Notes: generated by a model not told the origin, from the letters alone. DNA of 64,000 bases from Octopus vulgaris (GCA_951406725.2 OX597836.1:10850001-10914000); one strand, 5' to 3'. Numbered from the stretch's first letter, positions 44,404 to 59,128 are shown. Numbers and translations are program-made.

Positions 44404-45594
44404 TTGTGCTCGTACTTGTGCTTCTTGTGTATTGGCATGGTAATATTTATTCGTTGGCTGTAACATTTATTGGAATCGCCACACACTAATCTTGAACAAA
44501 ATGAGTCTAAAATCAGACACGGCAAGCTTAAACAACATAACGCTATGAAAAACATATTTAAAAAAAATTATAACTAAAAGCAGAGGAAATATTTATCACA
44601 TCAATTTTGGTTGTGTTTTAATTAGAAAAAAAAAAGTAAACTAAAGTATAAAAGCGAATAGATATCACAGAATAAGAATGAAATGGGGAAAAAATATATA
44701 ATATTTTGGCGCCTTACAGCGTTACACGTAAGTTTTAATATCGACAAATAAACTAATCTAACAGATATTTATATAATACTTTGGGAGTAAATTATAATAT
44801 GTCTAAGTTGGAAAAGCGAAAATGCTGTAATTAATAAATGAAGTGAGAATATATAATAATATCGACATTTAGTTGGGAAGAAGTCTGAATATGAAAATAA
44901 TGTTTTAGAATGAATATATTTAGTTCTTTCCTGCGTCATTCAAATCACGTCAGTCGGACGGACCAGAGCTGTGACCTCTCAATTCTGAGTAGAAGCCAAT
45001 CGACTCTGAGATACTCCCTGATCTCCGAGCTATACCCTCTGTCGATTTACACCAATGATCCTCAGGGGGACCCCCACGTTGACTTCTTTTATTGGCGATC
45101 ATGCTCTTTCAGTCGTTACCTAAAATTCAGGAATCTTAGGAACAGTCTATAAATGAGATGGTTTGATAATATCCATAATCGCAGTTGGTCACGCTTGGAA
45201 ATTCGGTCGTCAATCGCAGTGATGGTTGCTTCTGAAAGGCCCCTATCTCCACAGCCTTCTCAGGAATAGTGGGTAGAACGATAGATGGGTATTTATGTTT
45301 AGTTAGTAACCATTGCTTAAAGCATAATGAGAAAAGATTAAATATGAATTATTTCGCGTTAAAAAATTCAAGTCGCTTTAATTCTTAAAATGAACTGTGG
45401 AAATTCTATAGATTATGAATTTACTTAGGAAACTGGTTTAAATAAATATTTTCGGACTATTTTAAATAAAAACAAAAAAAAACTCAAAGCAAGAAATCTG
45501 GGGGTCAAGATATTTTATTCATAACCCCATACATACTCACGCACTCGCCTCCATTCATATATACACACTCACGCACACCATTCTCACATACACA

Positions 45595-45882
45595 CGGGCG
45601 CTTGAGCAAACTCCTTCGGCCGGTTCACCTTCATTATCTCCCTTTCTTTCAGCCTCTTTCTTCTGGTTATTTCATCACGTTAAATTTGTTAATCCCTACA
45701 CATTTTTCTCCCTCTACCTTTTCTTTCATCATCCTTCTTATTTTCCTCTGAATCCTTTCTGTCGAAGAGCGTAGGCTTGAAATGTAAAAGTCTTTTCCAT
45801 TCTTCGCGAGCGTTAAACTAATACACCTGCTTGTTGTTCTTACAACTGTCTTCGTCTTTTGTTTTCTGTAAATTTGAAATAT
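45595..45882 (+). mobile_element. Probable PLE 3' remnant with decayed hammerhead
   Basis: Homologous to 48360-48570; CTTT-CTGTCGA-A-GAGC-GTAG-GCTT-GAAATGTA-AAAG at 45755-45790. Confidence 0.6.
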
Positions 45883-46347
<465 letters not shown>

Positions 46348-47430
46348 ATGTATACACCTCCACACAAAGTGACAATAAATATTACTTCTCTCTATTAATA
46401 CTACCTCTGTCACAAATACATATTAGGTATTGTATATTTGTTTTTACAGAGTGCTGTATTTTTCGGAACTGATTTTTGCCGGAAATTTCCTAAATCATCT
46501 CTCACAGCTCAAGGACATAAATTTATGCGTTATATTATATCTTCTGTCAAGTTAGCTACGACGTTAACATTTCCTGAATTATATTCACACCAATGATCGG
46601 CGAAAGAACACACAGAAGCAAATATTCGCATGAATTTTTGTAGACGTGTGTATTTCTGAAGAGATATACGTTCCACTACACACATAAAAAGAATACCATC
46701 ATATAATCACACCTTCCAACAAATATCTACCCTTTTGTAAGCATACAAAGGAATACTTCTAAGAAGATGTTTGCCGCTACACTGAAATTATTGAATACTA
46801 TAAGGGATTTTCATAAGATAGAATTCCCTGAAAACAGTTATTATTCTCCATGTCAACACTAAGAAGTTCCTATTCTCTCGATTCCTACTTTACTAACGTT
46901 CTGTCAAGAAGACATGGCATATTCAATGAAATTCTTCCTGATCGTAATTATTTACACATTGAGTGAAATGTACATATAAATATACATACGTACGTACGTA
47001 CATGATACATACATACAAACTTACATGTATATATAAAATAGCGAAGATATATAACACCAAAAAGGAAGAATTCAATTGTCACATACTAGAACCCTAATTT
47101 CGCTTGAAGTTGTGTTATCAGTACATAGACTTCTGTTTCTTTACGGCAGAGAGGGTTAGGATTTTTACCTCTTATTTCTAGCAAGGTAGGTGGTACTCTG
47201 CCCCATCAGTCACAATATGTGAGAATTGAATTCTTCCTTTTTGGTGTTATATACCTTTGCTATTTTATATATATATATATAAGTTTGTATAAAAGTTTTC
47301 CTTTGAAAATTGTGTTAATATAATTCACAGTTTATGCCATGCTGATGATTTCTAAAAAGGATGAAATGGTGCTATACACGATTACCGAGAATTAGAAAAT
47401 TTAAGAACCTCCTATTAAGAAAACAAAGGC

Positions 47431-47569
47431 GAATGGGTGTATTGTAAGAGTTTTGCTTCCCAACCACATGGTTCAGGGTTTCGTTCCCACTGCGTGGCAC
47501 TTTCGACAGGTATCTTCTACTGAACTAAAGCATTGTAAGTAGATTTGGTAGACGGAAAGCGAAAGAAGC

Positions 47570-47575
<6 letters not shown>
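47431..47575 (+). mobile_element. SINE family A 5' half, diverged
   Basis: CAACCACATGGTTCAGGGTT..GTAGACGGAAAGCGAAAGAAGCCC. Confidence 0.75.
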
Positions 47576-47661
<86 letters not shown>

Positions 47662-47725
47662 AATGTGTTTACAGTATATTGGTAGCTGGAGTGGACTCTG
47701 GACTTTTCTCTTTTGAACGGGTGTT

Positions 47726-47770
47726 CGAGACAGAGGATGAGCACACTAGCTCGAAACCGAATCGATCTCG
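47726..47770 (+). ncRNA. Decayed type-I hammerhead motif
   Basis: CGAGA-CAGAGGA-T-GAGC-ACACTA-GCTC-GAAA-CCGAATCGA-TCTCG; stems I and II pair, core and stem III are mutated. Confidence 0.4.
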
Positions 47771-48159
47771 CGAAACTGTCGTCTGCTGGCAATATACATG
47801 TACAGAGTGCAGCGCTGCAGCGGTAACCAACTGAGGTTAAACTAATAGTAACATGGTGTGGCGATTAACATTACTTGTTAGTATAATTACTACTCTCATC
47901 TATTATTCAGGTTTTACAACCACACATTTTAACCTGTAAAGCAGTAGACGAGATCATTCCCAGGTTAGCCTTACATCTGAGTTACCACCGTTTGGTTTCT
48001 GCCACTGAAGACGGAATTTAAGAACCGGAATTGTCCACCTAGAATTCCATTTTAACAAGTCCACTTGAATTAGTACGCATAACCGTACACGTTTTTTAAA
48101 ATTTTATTTACTACGGTAAATTGTAGTAAAATATATTTGAACTAACCTAAAGTTTACAC

Positions 48160-48310
48160 AGACGTGGCTGTGTATTGAGAAGCTTGCTTCCCAACTACAT
48201 GGTTCCTGGTTCAGTCGCACTGCGTGACACCTTAGTGTCTGCTACTATAGCATCGGCCGACCAAAGCCTTGTGTGGGGATTTGGTTGACAGAAACTGAAA
48301 GAAGCCCGTT
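48160..48310 (+). mobile_element. SINE family A 5' half
   Basis: Head through GAAGCCCGT. Confidence 0.8.
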
Positions 48311-48359
48311 GTAAACAAAAAATTTCCATGTAAGTTTGGAGTTATACTCCCTAATATAT

Positions 48360-48570
48360 GACCGCGTGTGTACCGTTGGCGATTTTTTCCCCTCTGTCTT
48401 CCCTTCTCTGGATCTTTCCTTTTCCTATGTTTCTGACGAAGAGCTCCGCTCGAAACGTTAAACCCTCCTTCTTCCCTTCCTTCCTGAGCGTCCAATAATA
48501 CTATTTTTGTTCCACGTCCTCGCGTTGTTGTGTTTTCTCTTTGTGTTTTCATGTTTAGATTAACTTTATA
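48360..48570 (+). mobile_element. Probable PLE terminal remnant ending in (TA)n
   Basis: Carries an intact minimal hammerhead; sister copy at 45595-45882. Confidence 0.6.
48429..48463 (+). ncRNA. Minimal type-I hammerhead ribozyme motif, core intact
   Basis: GTTT-CTGACGA-A-GAGC-TCC-GCTC-GAAAC-GTT-AAAC: stem I GTTT/AAAC, stem II GAGC/GCTC, loopless palindromic stem III AACGTT. Confidence 0.75.
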
Positions 48571-49246
48571 TATATATATATATAGTTTTACCAATGACCT
48601 TTTCTAGAAGCACTTTTAAGTGTAAATGTGTTAAAGTTTAATCACAACGGAAAATGAAACAATGGAGAAAGAAATACAAACGATTCACTCTCAAATAACC
48701 GAAAGAAAATTTTTTTGACATGAATAACGGGTTCTGTGTATTTGCATAATTTAATTATGTAAGATACTTTGTTTCAAAAAGGACATTGTTTATGATATTT
48801 TAAAAATAATTTTAATTTAAATTTACCTGGTAGGTGATAATAAATTCTCGATTATTTTAGTGAAGAAATTTTTTTCTTAAAACTGGAATGTAAAATCTAT
48901 TAATTTGTAGATTTCTTCCAGCACTTTCATAAATTCAATTAAAAATCCAATACGACTTAGAACTCTTCTTTGAACACCTATACAGCAATTTGTTTATCCC
49001 AGTTAAATATTGGCTAATAATTCATTTCATATGGAAATATTTAAACAATATTTAAATAATTTTACATTTCAGTGTTTTTTACCCCAACGAACTTGTAATT
49101 AGATAAGTTGAAGATTTATGGCAGACTCTTTCCTGTTGTCCTCCAAACAGGAATCTAATTTATGCATATAAATGTAGCGATATCCGTCTTCTTTTCAGAA
49201 ATTACAAAACGAACTCTAAAAATCACCGGGTTATTATCATTATTAA

Positions 49247-49277
<31 letters not shown>

Positions 49278-49280
<3 letters not shown>

Positions 49281-49405
49281 TAGTTTTATTTTTTATAGCG
49301 TGCTTTCACTTCACTACCGAGCGCAGCTCTGTGTGCCTTGGGTATGTGCTGTGATTTGTTGTGATGCTCTGATGGTTATTGTATGGAAAGTGTTCTGCAT
49401 AGGAT
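49278..49405 (-). mobile_element. R4/Dong-type 3' end fragment (same family as 59129-59486)
   Basis: Near identical to 59130-59256; ILCRTLSIQ* plus 3' UTR; within (ATT)n. Confidence 0.88.
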
Positions 49406-49419
49406 TATTATTATTATTA

Positions 49420-49472
<53 letters not shown>

Positions 49473-49473
<1 letters not shown>

Positions 49474-49879
49474 GGCGTAAGAGTGGCTGTGTAGTGAGTA
49501 GCTTGCTTACCAACAGCATGGTTCCGGGTTCAGTCCCACTGCGTGGCACCTTGGCCAAGTGCCTTCTACTATACCCTCGGGCCGACCAAAGCCTTGTGAG
49601 TGAACTTTGTAGACGGAAACTGAAAGAAGCCCGTCGCATATATGTATATATATATATGTGTGTGTTTGTGTGTGTTTGTCCCCCCCACATCACTTGACAA
49701 CCGATACTGGTCTGTTTACGTCCCCGTAACTTAGCGGTTCAGCAAAAGGGACCGACAGAATAAGTACTAGGCTTACAATGAATAAGTCGTGGGGTTGATT
49801 TGCTCGACTAAAGGCGGTGCTCCAGCATGGCCACAGTCAAATGACTGAAATAAGTAAGAGTCAAACAGAGTAAAAAGTA
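49473..49879 (+). mobile_element. SINE family A, full length
   Basis: All segments present. Confidence 0.9.
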
Positions 49880-49918
49880 TTATTATTAAAAGAGAGTAAA
49901 GAGTATATATATATATAT

Positions 49919-49955
<37 letters not shown>

Positions 49956-49981
49956 GGTATATGGTATACATACATACACCC

Positions 49982-50014
<33 letters not shown>

Positions 50015-50020
<6 letters not shown>

Positions 50021-50722
50021 CGGGTTTGTATGATTGTGCATAGAGGGATATATATTATTCAAAGGAATTCCAACTCTGTTTTTTATATTTTATTTATATT
50101 CTTTAAAAATATTAATGTAGAATATAGAATATATAGTATAAATAATATATATATATATATATGTATATATAGTAAAATGAAATGACGTATTGATTGTCTT
50201 ATTGAATAGATGAAATATTGAATATCAAATATTAAGGGACTAGTATATTTTCATGCGTTAAAGCAGTCTTCAAGGTCCCAGGTTGTGACAGGAGTGTTTC
50301 AACTGTGGTTGACTGGCGGTATTTTGTCCTTTATATATGTTCCTGTTGACAGCAGTAGTAGCTGTTTGGCTATTTTTAGAAATGATGCCAAACTATTTTT
50401 CAATGATTAATTTTAGAAATGATGACAGCAGTACTTTTTAGAGATTTTTTTGTTTTGGTTATAGGGATAAGATTTTAAAATCCCAAATAAGATTAATTTA
50501 ATCATTGTTTGTTAAGCTTGGGTTTGAATTTCTTAGTAAAGTCCTTTTCTCTCAGTTTTCTCTCAATTTCATTCAGGTTGTAAAGTTTATGAAATGGCAA
50601 TATCATAAACTTTACAACTTGAATGAAATTGAGAGAAAACAGAGAAAAGGACTTTATTAAGAAATTCAAACCCAAGCTTAGCAAACAATGATTAAATTAA
50701 TCTTATCTGGGGTTTAAAAATC
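50015..50722 (-). mobile_element. Penelope-like element 3' remnant with inverted 5' duplication
   Basis: ILPFHKLYNLNEIERKLREKDFTKKFKPKLNKQ* (GIY-YIG C-terminal RxxxExxFIxxxxPxLN pattern); arms 50471-50592 / 50603-50722; hammerhead relic GGGAC-CTTGAAGA-CTGC..GCAT-GAAA-ATATACTA-GTCCC at 50236-50279. Confidence 0.8.
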
Positions 50723-50744
50723 ACGGCCCCATAGCGTTGGTTTC

Positions 50745-51066
50745 TTAATTTTTGTGGCAGTGTATTGAACAGATGTGGGCCTTTGAGCACAAAGCTATTG
50801 CAATATCTGGTTCTGACTGGGATGGATGGAAACTTCGGTGCAATACAATGGCGTCCAGTTCAGTGATTTGTATAACACTCGATGCCGAAGCTAGGGCCTA
50901 GTTCTTCAAGAGTTTTTCATCCGTAGATTACTACATATCAGTCGCCTCTTGGGCTCCAAGGAGTAAAGTCCTGGGATTTGCAGCCTTTCCCAGGGACTCA
51001 TCTGCTACATTGTTACAATCGTTCCAAGCTCCGCTTTTAATTTGACGCTATGTGGTGAGCAGAGGT
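50745..51066 (-). mobile_element. CR1-group LINE ORF2 C-terminal relic
   Basis: Across frameshifts: [61 protein letters not shown]. Confidence 0.75.
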
Positions 51067-51134
51067 AATGGAAGTGCATGTATGTTTTCCATGTGTTCCA
51101 CATCATAAATATATGTATGTATATGATTATATAT

Positions 51135-51203
<69 letters not shown>

Positions 51204-51249
51204 TAGATATCTATATACATCTATATATATATTTATATCTCTATATCTA

Positions 51250-51267
51250 TCTTCTCTATCTATCTTT

Positions 51268-51343
<76 letters not shown>

Positions 51344-51359
51344 GCTATCTATCTAGCAG

Positions 51360-51455
<96 letters not shown>

Positions 51456-51488
51456 CCTACCTACCTATCTATCTATCTATCTATCTAC

Positions 51489-51532
<44 letters not shown>

Positions 51533-51550
51533 TCTCTCTCTCTCTCTCTC
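51250..51550. repeat. (TCTA)n array
   Basis: Visible tandem repeats. Confidence 0.97.
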
Positions 51551-52009
51551 ACTCTCTATACCCTCTACACATATGTACATACATACCCTCATATACAGTT
51601 TGCCCATGTTCTTCAGATTCCAGCTCACACTAACACCAATCTCAATACCCCAAAACATTGATTCTCCAATCAACTCGAATCTGATTTATAGGAGAGAAAA
51701 ATCTTCAAAGTCTTTTCTCTCTCCTCTCTCTCTCTTCCTTTCTCCCCTCTCTCCTCCCTCTCTCTCGTCTCTTTTCTTGTTCCTGTTGTGTATTATTGCT
51801 TATGTATTGAAATAATGCTTTTTTGTTTTTTTTTTGTATTTTCTTTATATCATTTTATTGCGATATTGATTTTTCCTCCCCAATTCCATGCCTTTCCTAT
51901 TGTTGTTGATCTAAATTATCTTTTATTCTTATTGTTTTTGTTGTTGTTGTTGTTGTTGTTGTTGTTGAAGTTTGTTTGAGGCTATTTTGGCTGTATTGTT
52001 GTTCTGTCG

Positions 52010-52446
52010 CTCATCATCATCATCATCGTCGTCGTCATCATCATCGTCATCATCATCATCATCATCATCATCGTCGTCGTCGTTATTCGAATTATCCTCC
52101 TCTTCGTCATCATTATCATCATCGTCATCATTATCGTCAACATCATCGTCATCGTCATCGTCATCATCATCATCATCATCATTGTTCTTATTTCTGCTAT
52201 TTTTTTATCATTACGGTTGTTACTTTTATTTTCCTCCTCCTCCTCCTCATCATCATCATCATCTTCACTACCATTATCATCCTCTTCACCATGGTCATTA
52301 TCCTCCTCATCATTTTTCCTATAATTAATTCAATTTTAATTTTATTATCATCATCATCATCATTATTATTACCATTCTTTTTATTATTATTATTATTGTT
52401 ATTATTATTATTATTATCATTATTATTATTATTGTTGTTGTTGTTG

Positions 52447-52498
<52 letters not shown>

Positions 52499-52717
52499 CA
52501 TTCTCAATGTTAACATTATCACCACCATTATTTTTATCATCATTATTATAATTCTTATTTATATTTTCACTAGTATAATCATTCGTATTATTATTTTCAT
52601 TATTATCACCATTATCATTCTCATCACCATGTTTATTATCCTCCTCATCATTATTCCTCTAAATATTCTGATTCTCCCCTCCCCTCCTCTTCTTTCCCTT
52701 CTTTTTCTTCTATTCTG

Positions 52718-52799
<82 letters not shown>

Positions 52800-52958
52800 T
52801 TCTTATTATCATCATCATCATCATCATCATTATTATTGTTATTTTTATTGTTGTTGTTATTGTTATTATTATTATTATCATTTTTCATCATTATCATCTT
52901 TATTTTTATTATAATTATAAATGTAATAATTATTATTATTACCATTATTATTTTAATT

Positions 52959-52989
<31 letters not shown>

Positions 52990-53010
52990 TTATTATTATC
53001 ATTATTATTA

Positions 53011-53046
<36 letters not shown>

Positions 53047-53124
53047 TTATTATTACTATTATTATTGTCATTGTCATCATCATTATCATTATCATTATTA
53101 TTATTATTTTTATTATTATTATTA

Positions 53125-53156
<32 letters not shown>

Positions 53157-53162
53157 GTCATC

Positions 53163-53194
<32 letters not shown>

Positions 53195-53196
53195 TG

Positions 53197-53275
<79 letters not shown>

Positions 53276-53462
53276 CACCATGTTGCTCAACGTTACTATC
53301 ATCAGCATTATCTCCATTATTATTATCATTGATATTGTTTTCATGATCATAATCATCATTATGATCATCATCACCATCGTCATCATCGTCATCATCATCA
53401 CCATCTTCATCATTGTCATCATCATCATCAACATCGCCATCGTCATCAATATTATTATTATT
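52010..53462. repeat. Long compound (ATC)n/(ATT)n/(CTT)n/(GTT)n array
   Basis: Visible repeats; source of the poly-I/L/S/H ORFs. Confidence 0.95.
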
Positions 53463-53839
53463 TGTACCAGTTGTACTACAACCTTAGGCAAATAATTGTT
53501 GTAGCATTAGCATCAGCAGCAGCAGCAGTGGTATTAGTGGTGATGGTGATAGTAGAAGTGGTTGTGGTTGTGATGGTAGTAGAAGTAGTAAAGTCATCGT
53601 CGTCGTAGTTGTAATAGTAGTAGTAGCAGTTATAGCTGCCGTATTAGTAGTATTAATAATTCTAATATTACATTCATTGTTTTTCTCGACATTTGATCGG
53701 TAATCCCCGGAGATTGCCGATCACGGCTCTGCAGTTGTCGGCTGCTTTTCAAAAGTTATAATTCATGACATAGCAATAATAACAACACTTCCGCCATTTC
53801 GTTTTTCATTCAGACGTTCATATCTACATAGAAAAACTA

Positions 53840-53887
<48 letters not shown>

Positions 53888-54227
53888 ACACACAAACACA
53901 CACACATATGCATGTTCATATATTTTATACATTCATGTCAATGTATATGCTTACGTGCTTTGTGTGTGTATTTGTGTAAGTGTATATATGTACGAATGGA
54001 TGTGTGTGATTGTGTGTGCGTTGATGTTTGTGTGCGTTTTTGCTTTTTTCCATACGTGCACACCAACTCATTATTTTCGTATTCCACCTTCTGGAATGAG
54101 ATGCTTTGGTTTTCGCTGTCTCGTGATAAGGAAATCCAAATCCGAACGACATTTTAATGCGTGTTTTTACCGCCTACTCCAGTATTAAAGAAACTAGGTA
54201 GAAATAATATCAAATTATATTTCTCAA

Positions 54228-54531
54228 GTGGAGGCACTTGGCCTAGTAGTTAGAGCAGCGGAATCTCGCTCGAGGGATCGCGGGTTCGAATCTCAGACCG
54301 GGCGATGTATGGGTTTATAAGCGAAATACCTAAGCTCCACGCGGCTCCGGTAGAAGGTAATAGCGAACTTCTGCTGACTCTTTCGCTACAACATTCTCTG
54401 TCACTCTTTTCTCCTGCATCTTGCAGCTCACCTGCGACGGACCGGCGTCCCGTCCAGGTGGGGAACTTATACACCAAGGAAACCGGGAAACTGGCCCTTA
54501 TGAGCCAGGCGTGGCTCGAGAAGGAACAAAC
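54228..54531 (+). mobile_element. SINE family D (tRNA-derived, V-domain-like), full length with 11-bp TSD
   Basis: TSD ATATTTCTCAA at 54217-54227 and 54532-54542; A box TGGCCTAGTAGTTAGAGC, B box GGTTCGAATC; CCTGCGACGGACCGGCGTCCCGTCCAGG segment. Confidence 0.93.
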
Positions 54532-54715
54532 ATATTTCTCAAAGAGAAATCGTTACAGAATGAGACTATTGGGCGTAGCTGTTTGGTCGTTGACGATTTG
54601 GCAAGGCTATGTTGAGACATTCAATCTGTTTTGGTGACACTTCTTTTTGGCGCTGCAGGGAAATGCACACACACAGACACACGCACATACAGAGACACAC
54701 ACTTGTATACACAAT

Positions 54716-54752
<37 letters not shown>

Positions 54753-55310
54753 GGAGGGAGGGAGCGAGGGAAAGAGAGGCATTACGCTTTATATATTGAA
54801 TGTGATTGACATAAACACTTCAACTTTCTTCATACAGAAAAAAGAGAAAGGTGCTTATACGCATAGAGAAAGAGAGGAAGAAGGCAAAAGAGACATGGAG
54901 AGATGAAACGAAAGACGGGGTGGGCAAGAAGGGGGAGAGAAAGAGAGAGGGAGAGTAAAAAGAAGGACATTACAATTTATGAATTGAACACGATCGACAT
55001 GTGCGTTTCTCTCTCATATACGTCAGGGGAAATATGCTGAGACATGGGCACAGCGAGAGAGAGAGAGAAAGAGAGAAAGGAAAGGAACGTGAGATTGAGA
55101 GAGAGACAGAAAGGGAGAGACAGAAAGGGTGAGACAGAAAGAGAGAAAGGTAGCGAGAGACAGACTGAGAGACAGACAAGCAGAGGGCAAGAGAACGAGA
55201 GAAATATTAAAAAGGAGAGAAACATCTTAGGGCAATTAAGTCAGCATCGAATCAGTGATGCACAAACGCCGAAGCAAAAACGTCTGAGCCAAAACATCAG
55301 ATAGCATCAG

Positions 55311-55520
55311 AGGCGCCACTGATGCTGTCCAAGGGAAAGGCAAAGGGGCCGATACAGCTTGGTACCAGTGACGTCGCAACTCATTTCTACACCTGAGTGA
55401 ACTGCAGCAACGTGAAAAAAAGTGTCTTGCTCAAGAACACAACACAACACACAACCCAAACCAGGAATCGAACTCACTACTTCATGATTGTGAGCCCGAC
55501 GGTCTAACCACTGAGCCATA
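55311..55520 (-). mobile_element. SINE with C-type head/core and a different 3' part
   Basis: TGGCTCAGTGGTTAG, GAGTTCGATTCC, TTGAGCAAGACAC. Confidence 0.8.
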
Positions 55521-55530
55521 TGAAAATACC

Positions 55531-55659
55531 AAAGAGACCGATAGAATAAGTACTGGGCTTACAAAAGAATAAGTCCCGGGGTCGAGTTGCTCGACTAAAG
55601 GCGGTGCTCCAGCATGGCCGCAGTCAAATGACTGAAACAAGTAAAAGAGTAAAAGAGTA
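55531..55659 (+). mobile_element. SINE family A 3' half
   Basis: Closely matches the family A tail; ends (AGTAAAAG)n. Confidence 0.9.
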
Positions 55660-55975
55660 TATAAATATGAATTTACTTAGTTCTCATCCGTGAGATGAAT
55701 GCACTCATGGATGTATAGTGGAAGAGGTCCTAAAGCACAAACCACTCTCAGAGGTCCAGATTCGATCTGGAGTTGTGTGAAGACATGGTTAAAATATTTT
55801 TTTATTCAATTAATATCAGGGAAGTTCGAATGAAGAGGACCGTGGTACGAAAAATAATCAACTTCGCTTACGAAATGTAAATATTATTGTCTATCTTGTA
55901 GTTTGTTTATGTAAGGTTAACTGATATATAAAATATATCCGATATGAAATGTATATAAGAGTAAATATAAACATA

Positions 55976-56007
<32 letters not shown>

Positions 56008-56117
56008 ATGTTGTGTGCGTGCGTGTCTGTGTGTATGTCCCTGTGTGTTTCTATGTTGAAATACACATATGCTATCGAATATATATATATATGCGTGTAT
56101 GTATATTTGTATGTATA

Positions 56118-56194
<77 letters not shown>

Positions 56195-56287
56195 ATATAT
56201 ATATATATATACTCAGTATATATATAAATATATATAAATATATATATGTATACATATATATATGTTAATATATATTTATATATATAT

Positions 56288-56324
<37 letters not shown>

Positions 56325-56435
56325 CATAGATACCGACATATATATGTGCATGCATATACATACATATACATATATATATGTATATACATATACATATATA
56401 TGCATATATATGTTTATACATATAATGTATACATA

Positions 56436-56483
<48 letters not shown>

Positions 56484-56555
56484 CACTCACAGACACATAT
56501 ATATATATATGCATGCATATACATACATACACACACACAAACACACGCACACACT

Positions 56556-56588
<33 letters not shown>

Positions 56589-57125
56589 TTATATATATAT
56601 ATATATACGATGAAATATGAATATAGATTTTTTTAAAAACCTTAGTTATTAGTTTTCATTAAAATGATAATGAGTTTGTTTTGATGTGGCAGAACTGGCT
56701 GGAAGTATTGATCAAAATGAGCGAAGGCAATAAAATGTATTTTTGTAAATAAAACTCTTTTCTCTTGTGTTGTTCATGTGTAGACGATTACTCTACAACT
56801 CTATATTTTTCATAGATTTTTTTAGGAGTGGGGGGATGGTGGTGGTGGTGGTGGTGGGGGGGCATATTTTGGCATCAAATGGGAAATGTGTGTGTGGGGG
56901 GTGGGGTGAGATGAGGGGTGTGAGTTAGGAGAGCCGAGGACTGCTTTGAAAATTGAGTATAAAAGCAACAGTTTTATGGAAATACATAAAATATATATTG
57001 TTCAGGATTTTTAAGATTCTACAATTTGATTTAAAGTGATCTTAAAACTTGGTTGGACTTGTATACACACACACACACACACATACATACTCATATATAT
57101 GTATGTATATACATATATCGAGAGG

Positions 57126-57167
<42 letters not shown>

Positions 57168-57169
<2 letters not shown>

Positions 57170-57470
57170 ACTCCGTCGGTTATGACGACGAGGGTTCCAG
57201 TTGATTCGATCAACAGAACAGATGCTGTGAAATTAAGCACTCAACAGACACGTGTACCTTTAACGTAGTTCTCAGGGAGTTTCAGCGTGACACAAAAGTG
57301 TGGCAAGGCTGGCCCTTTGACATACAGGTAGTATTCATTTTTGCCAGCTGAGTGAACTGGGGCAACGTGAATTAAAGTGCCTTGCTCAAGGACACAATGC
57401 GTCGCCGAGAACCGAACTCGCGACCTTACTATCCGGAACCGAATACTTTAACCACTAAGCTTCGCTCTTT
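57168..57470 (-). mobile_element. SINE family C, near full length
   Basis: Reverse complement of the family C sequence at 21463-21760. Confidence 0.87.
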
Positions 57471-57546
57471 CACTAACAGTTAGGCAACAACAAAAACAAC
57501 ATCGGTAATAATCCTTTCTACTAAGGGCACACGGGCGACCCCATTT

Positions 57547-58045
57547 CGCCGGGCGAAATGCTCACCGGCATTTCGTCCGCCGCTACGTTCTAAATTCAAA
57601 ATTCCACCGAGGTTGACTTTGCCTTTCATCCTTTCGGGGTCAATAAATTAAGCACCAGTTGCGTACTGGTCCGATGTAATCGACTGGCTCCCTGCCTCAA
57701 AAATTTCGAGCCTTGCGTTTGTTCCTTCTCGAGCGTTGCCTGGCTCATAAGGGCCGTTTCCCGATTTCCTTGGCGTATAGGTTCCCCACCTGGACGGAAC
57801 GCCGGTCCGTCGCTGGTGAGCTGCAAGATGCAGGAGGAAAGAGTGAGAGAAAGTTGTGGCGAAAGAGTCAGCAGAAGTTCACCATTACCTTCTGCAGAAG
57901 CCGCGTGGAGCTTAGGTGTTTCGTTCATAAACACACACATCGCCCGGTCTGAAATTCGAACCCGCGATCCCTCGACCGCGAGTCCGCTGCTCTAACCACT
58001 AGGCCATGTGCCTCCACTGGGCCTTGTGCCTAGAATAGAAAAGAA
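57547..58045 (+). mobile_element. SINE family B interrupted in its tail by a family D copy
   Basis: B body 57547-57715; tail resumes at 58018; CGAGCCTTG / TGGGCCTTG flank the insert as an imperfect TSD. Confidence 0.82.
57716..58017 (-). mobile_element. SINE family D, full length, nested
   Basis: Reverse-complement homolog of 54228-54531. Confidence 0.92.
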
Positions 58046-58632
58046 TTTCCTACATCGTATCAGACCATAGCTTCCAATTCATTCTCGAGTCCATCCATCA
58101 CCATTCCATACAATATCTCACAATCTCCCTAAATACATCGATCTTCTAATTACCTTCACTAATTATCGTTTTCTACAAAGGTTTGTCTTGATTGATTTAT
58201 GACACCCATCTACTATTTATTTTTAATCACGGACATTTTTCACGCTTCTTAATTAATTTTCTCATTTTTCATTGGCACTTTTATCATTAGCAGCCATTGC
58301 TTGCCGCAAGTTGTCGTGGTCGCGTTTGACTACTCTTTGCGCAAATTCTCGCGATAACCGTTGCTGCTTAGCGTTCATCTTCTTCTTGTTGTTGGTGTTG
58401 ATGGTGGTGGTGGTGGTGATGTTGATGTTATTGTTATTGATGTTGTTGTTGTTGTTGTTTCAGTTGTTTTATCTTTGTTGTGATACCTTCTTCCATTGCC
58501 AGCATCGATATGGTCATTGCAGTTGCTACTGCTACAACTGCCACCACCGTTACCTCCTCCTCTTCCTCCGCCTCCTCCTCCTCCACCACAACCAGCATCA
58601 CTACGACTACTACAACAACAACAACAACAACA

Positions 58633-58664
<32 letters not shown>

Positions 58665-58690
58665 CAATAATATAATAATTATTATTGTTG

Positions 58691-58722
<32 letters not shown>

Positions 58723-58727
<5 letters not shown>

Positions 58728-59057
58728 TCTCTTTTACTCTTTTACTCTTTTACTTGCTTCAGTCATTTGACTGCGGCCATGCTGGAGCACCGCCTTTAGT
58801 CGATCAAATCGACCCCTGGACTTATGCTTTGTAAGCCCAGTACTTATTCTATCGGTCTCTTTTGCCGAACCGCTAAGTAACGGGGACATAAACACACCAG
58901 CATCTTTCAGTTTCCGTCTACCAAATCCACTCACAAGGCATTGGTCGGCCCGGGGCTATAGCAGAAGACACTTGCCCAAGATGCCACGCAGTGGGACTGA
59001 ACCCTGAACCATGTGGCTGGTTAGCAAGCTACTTACCACACAGCCACTCCTGCGCCT
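58723..59057 (-). mobile_element. SINE family A lacking the internal microsatellite
   Basis: Junction CACCAGCATC|TTTCAGTTTCC at ~58904. Confidence 0.9.
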
Positions 59058-59058
59058 A

Positions 59059-59128
<70 letters not shown>

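Noticed and set aside
54228-54305. tRNA-like sequences with A and B boxes (also the heads of families A, B, C)
   Set aside because: They continue into SINE bodies, some with TSDs, and lack a full cloverleaf; not tRNA genes.
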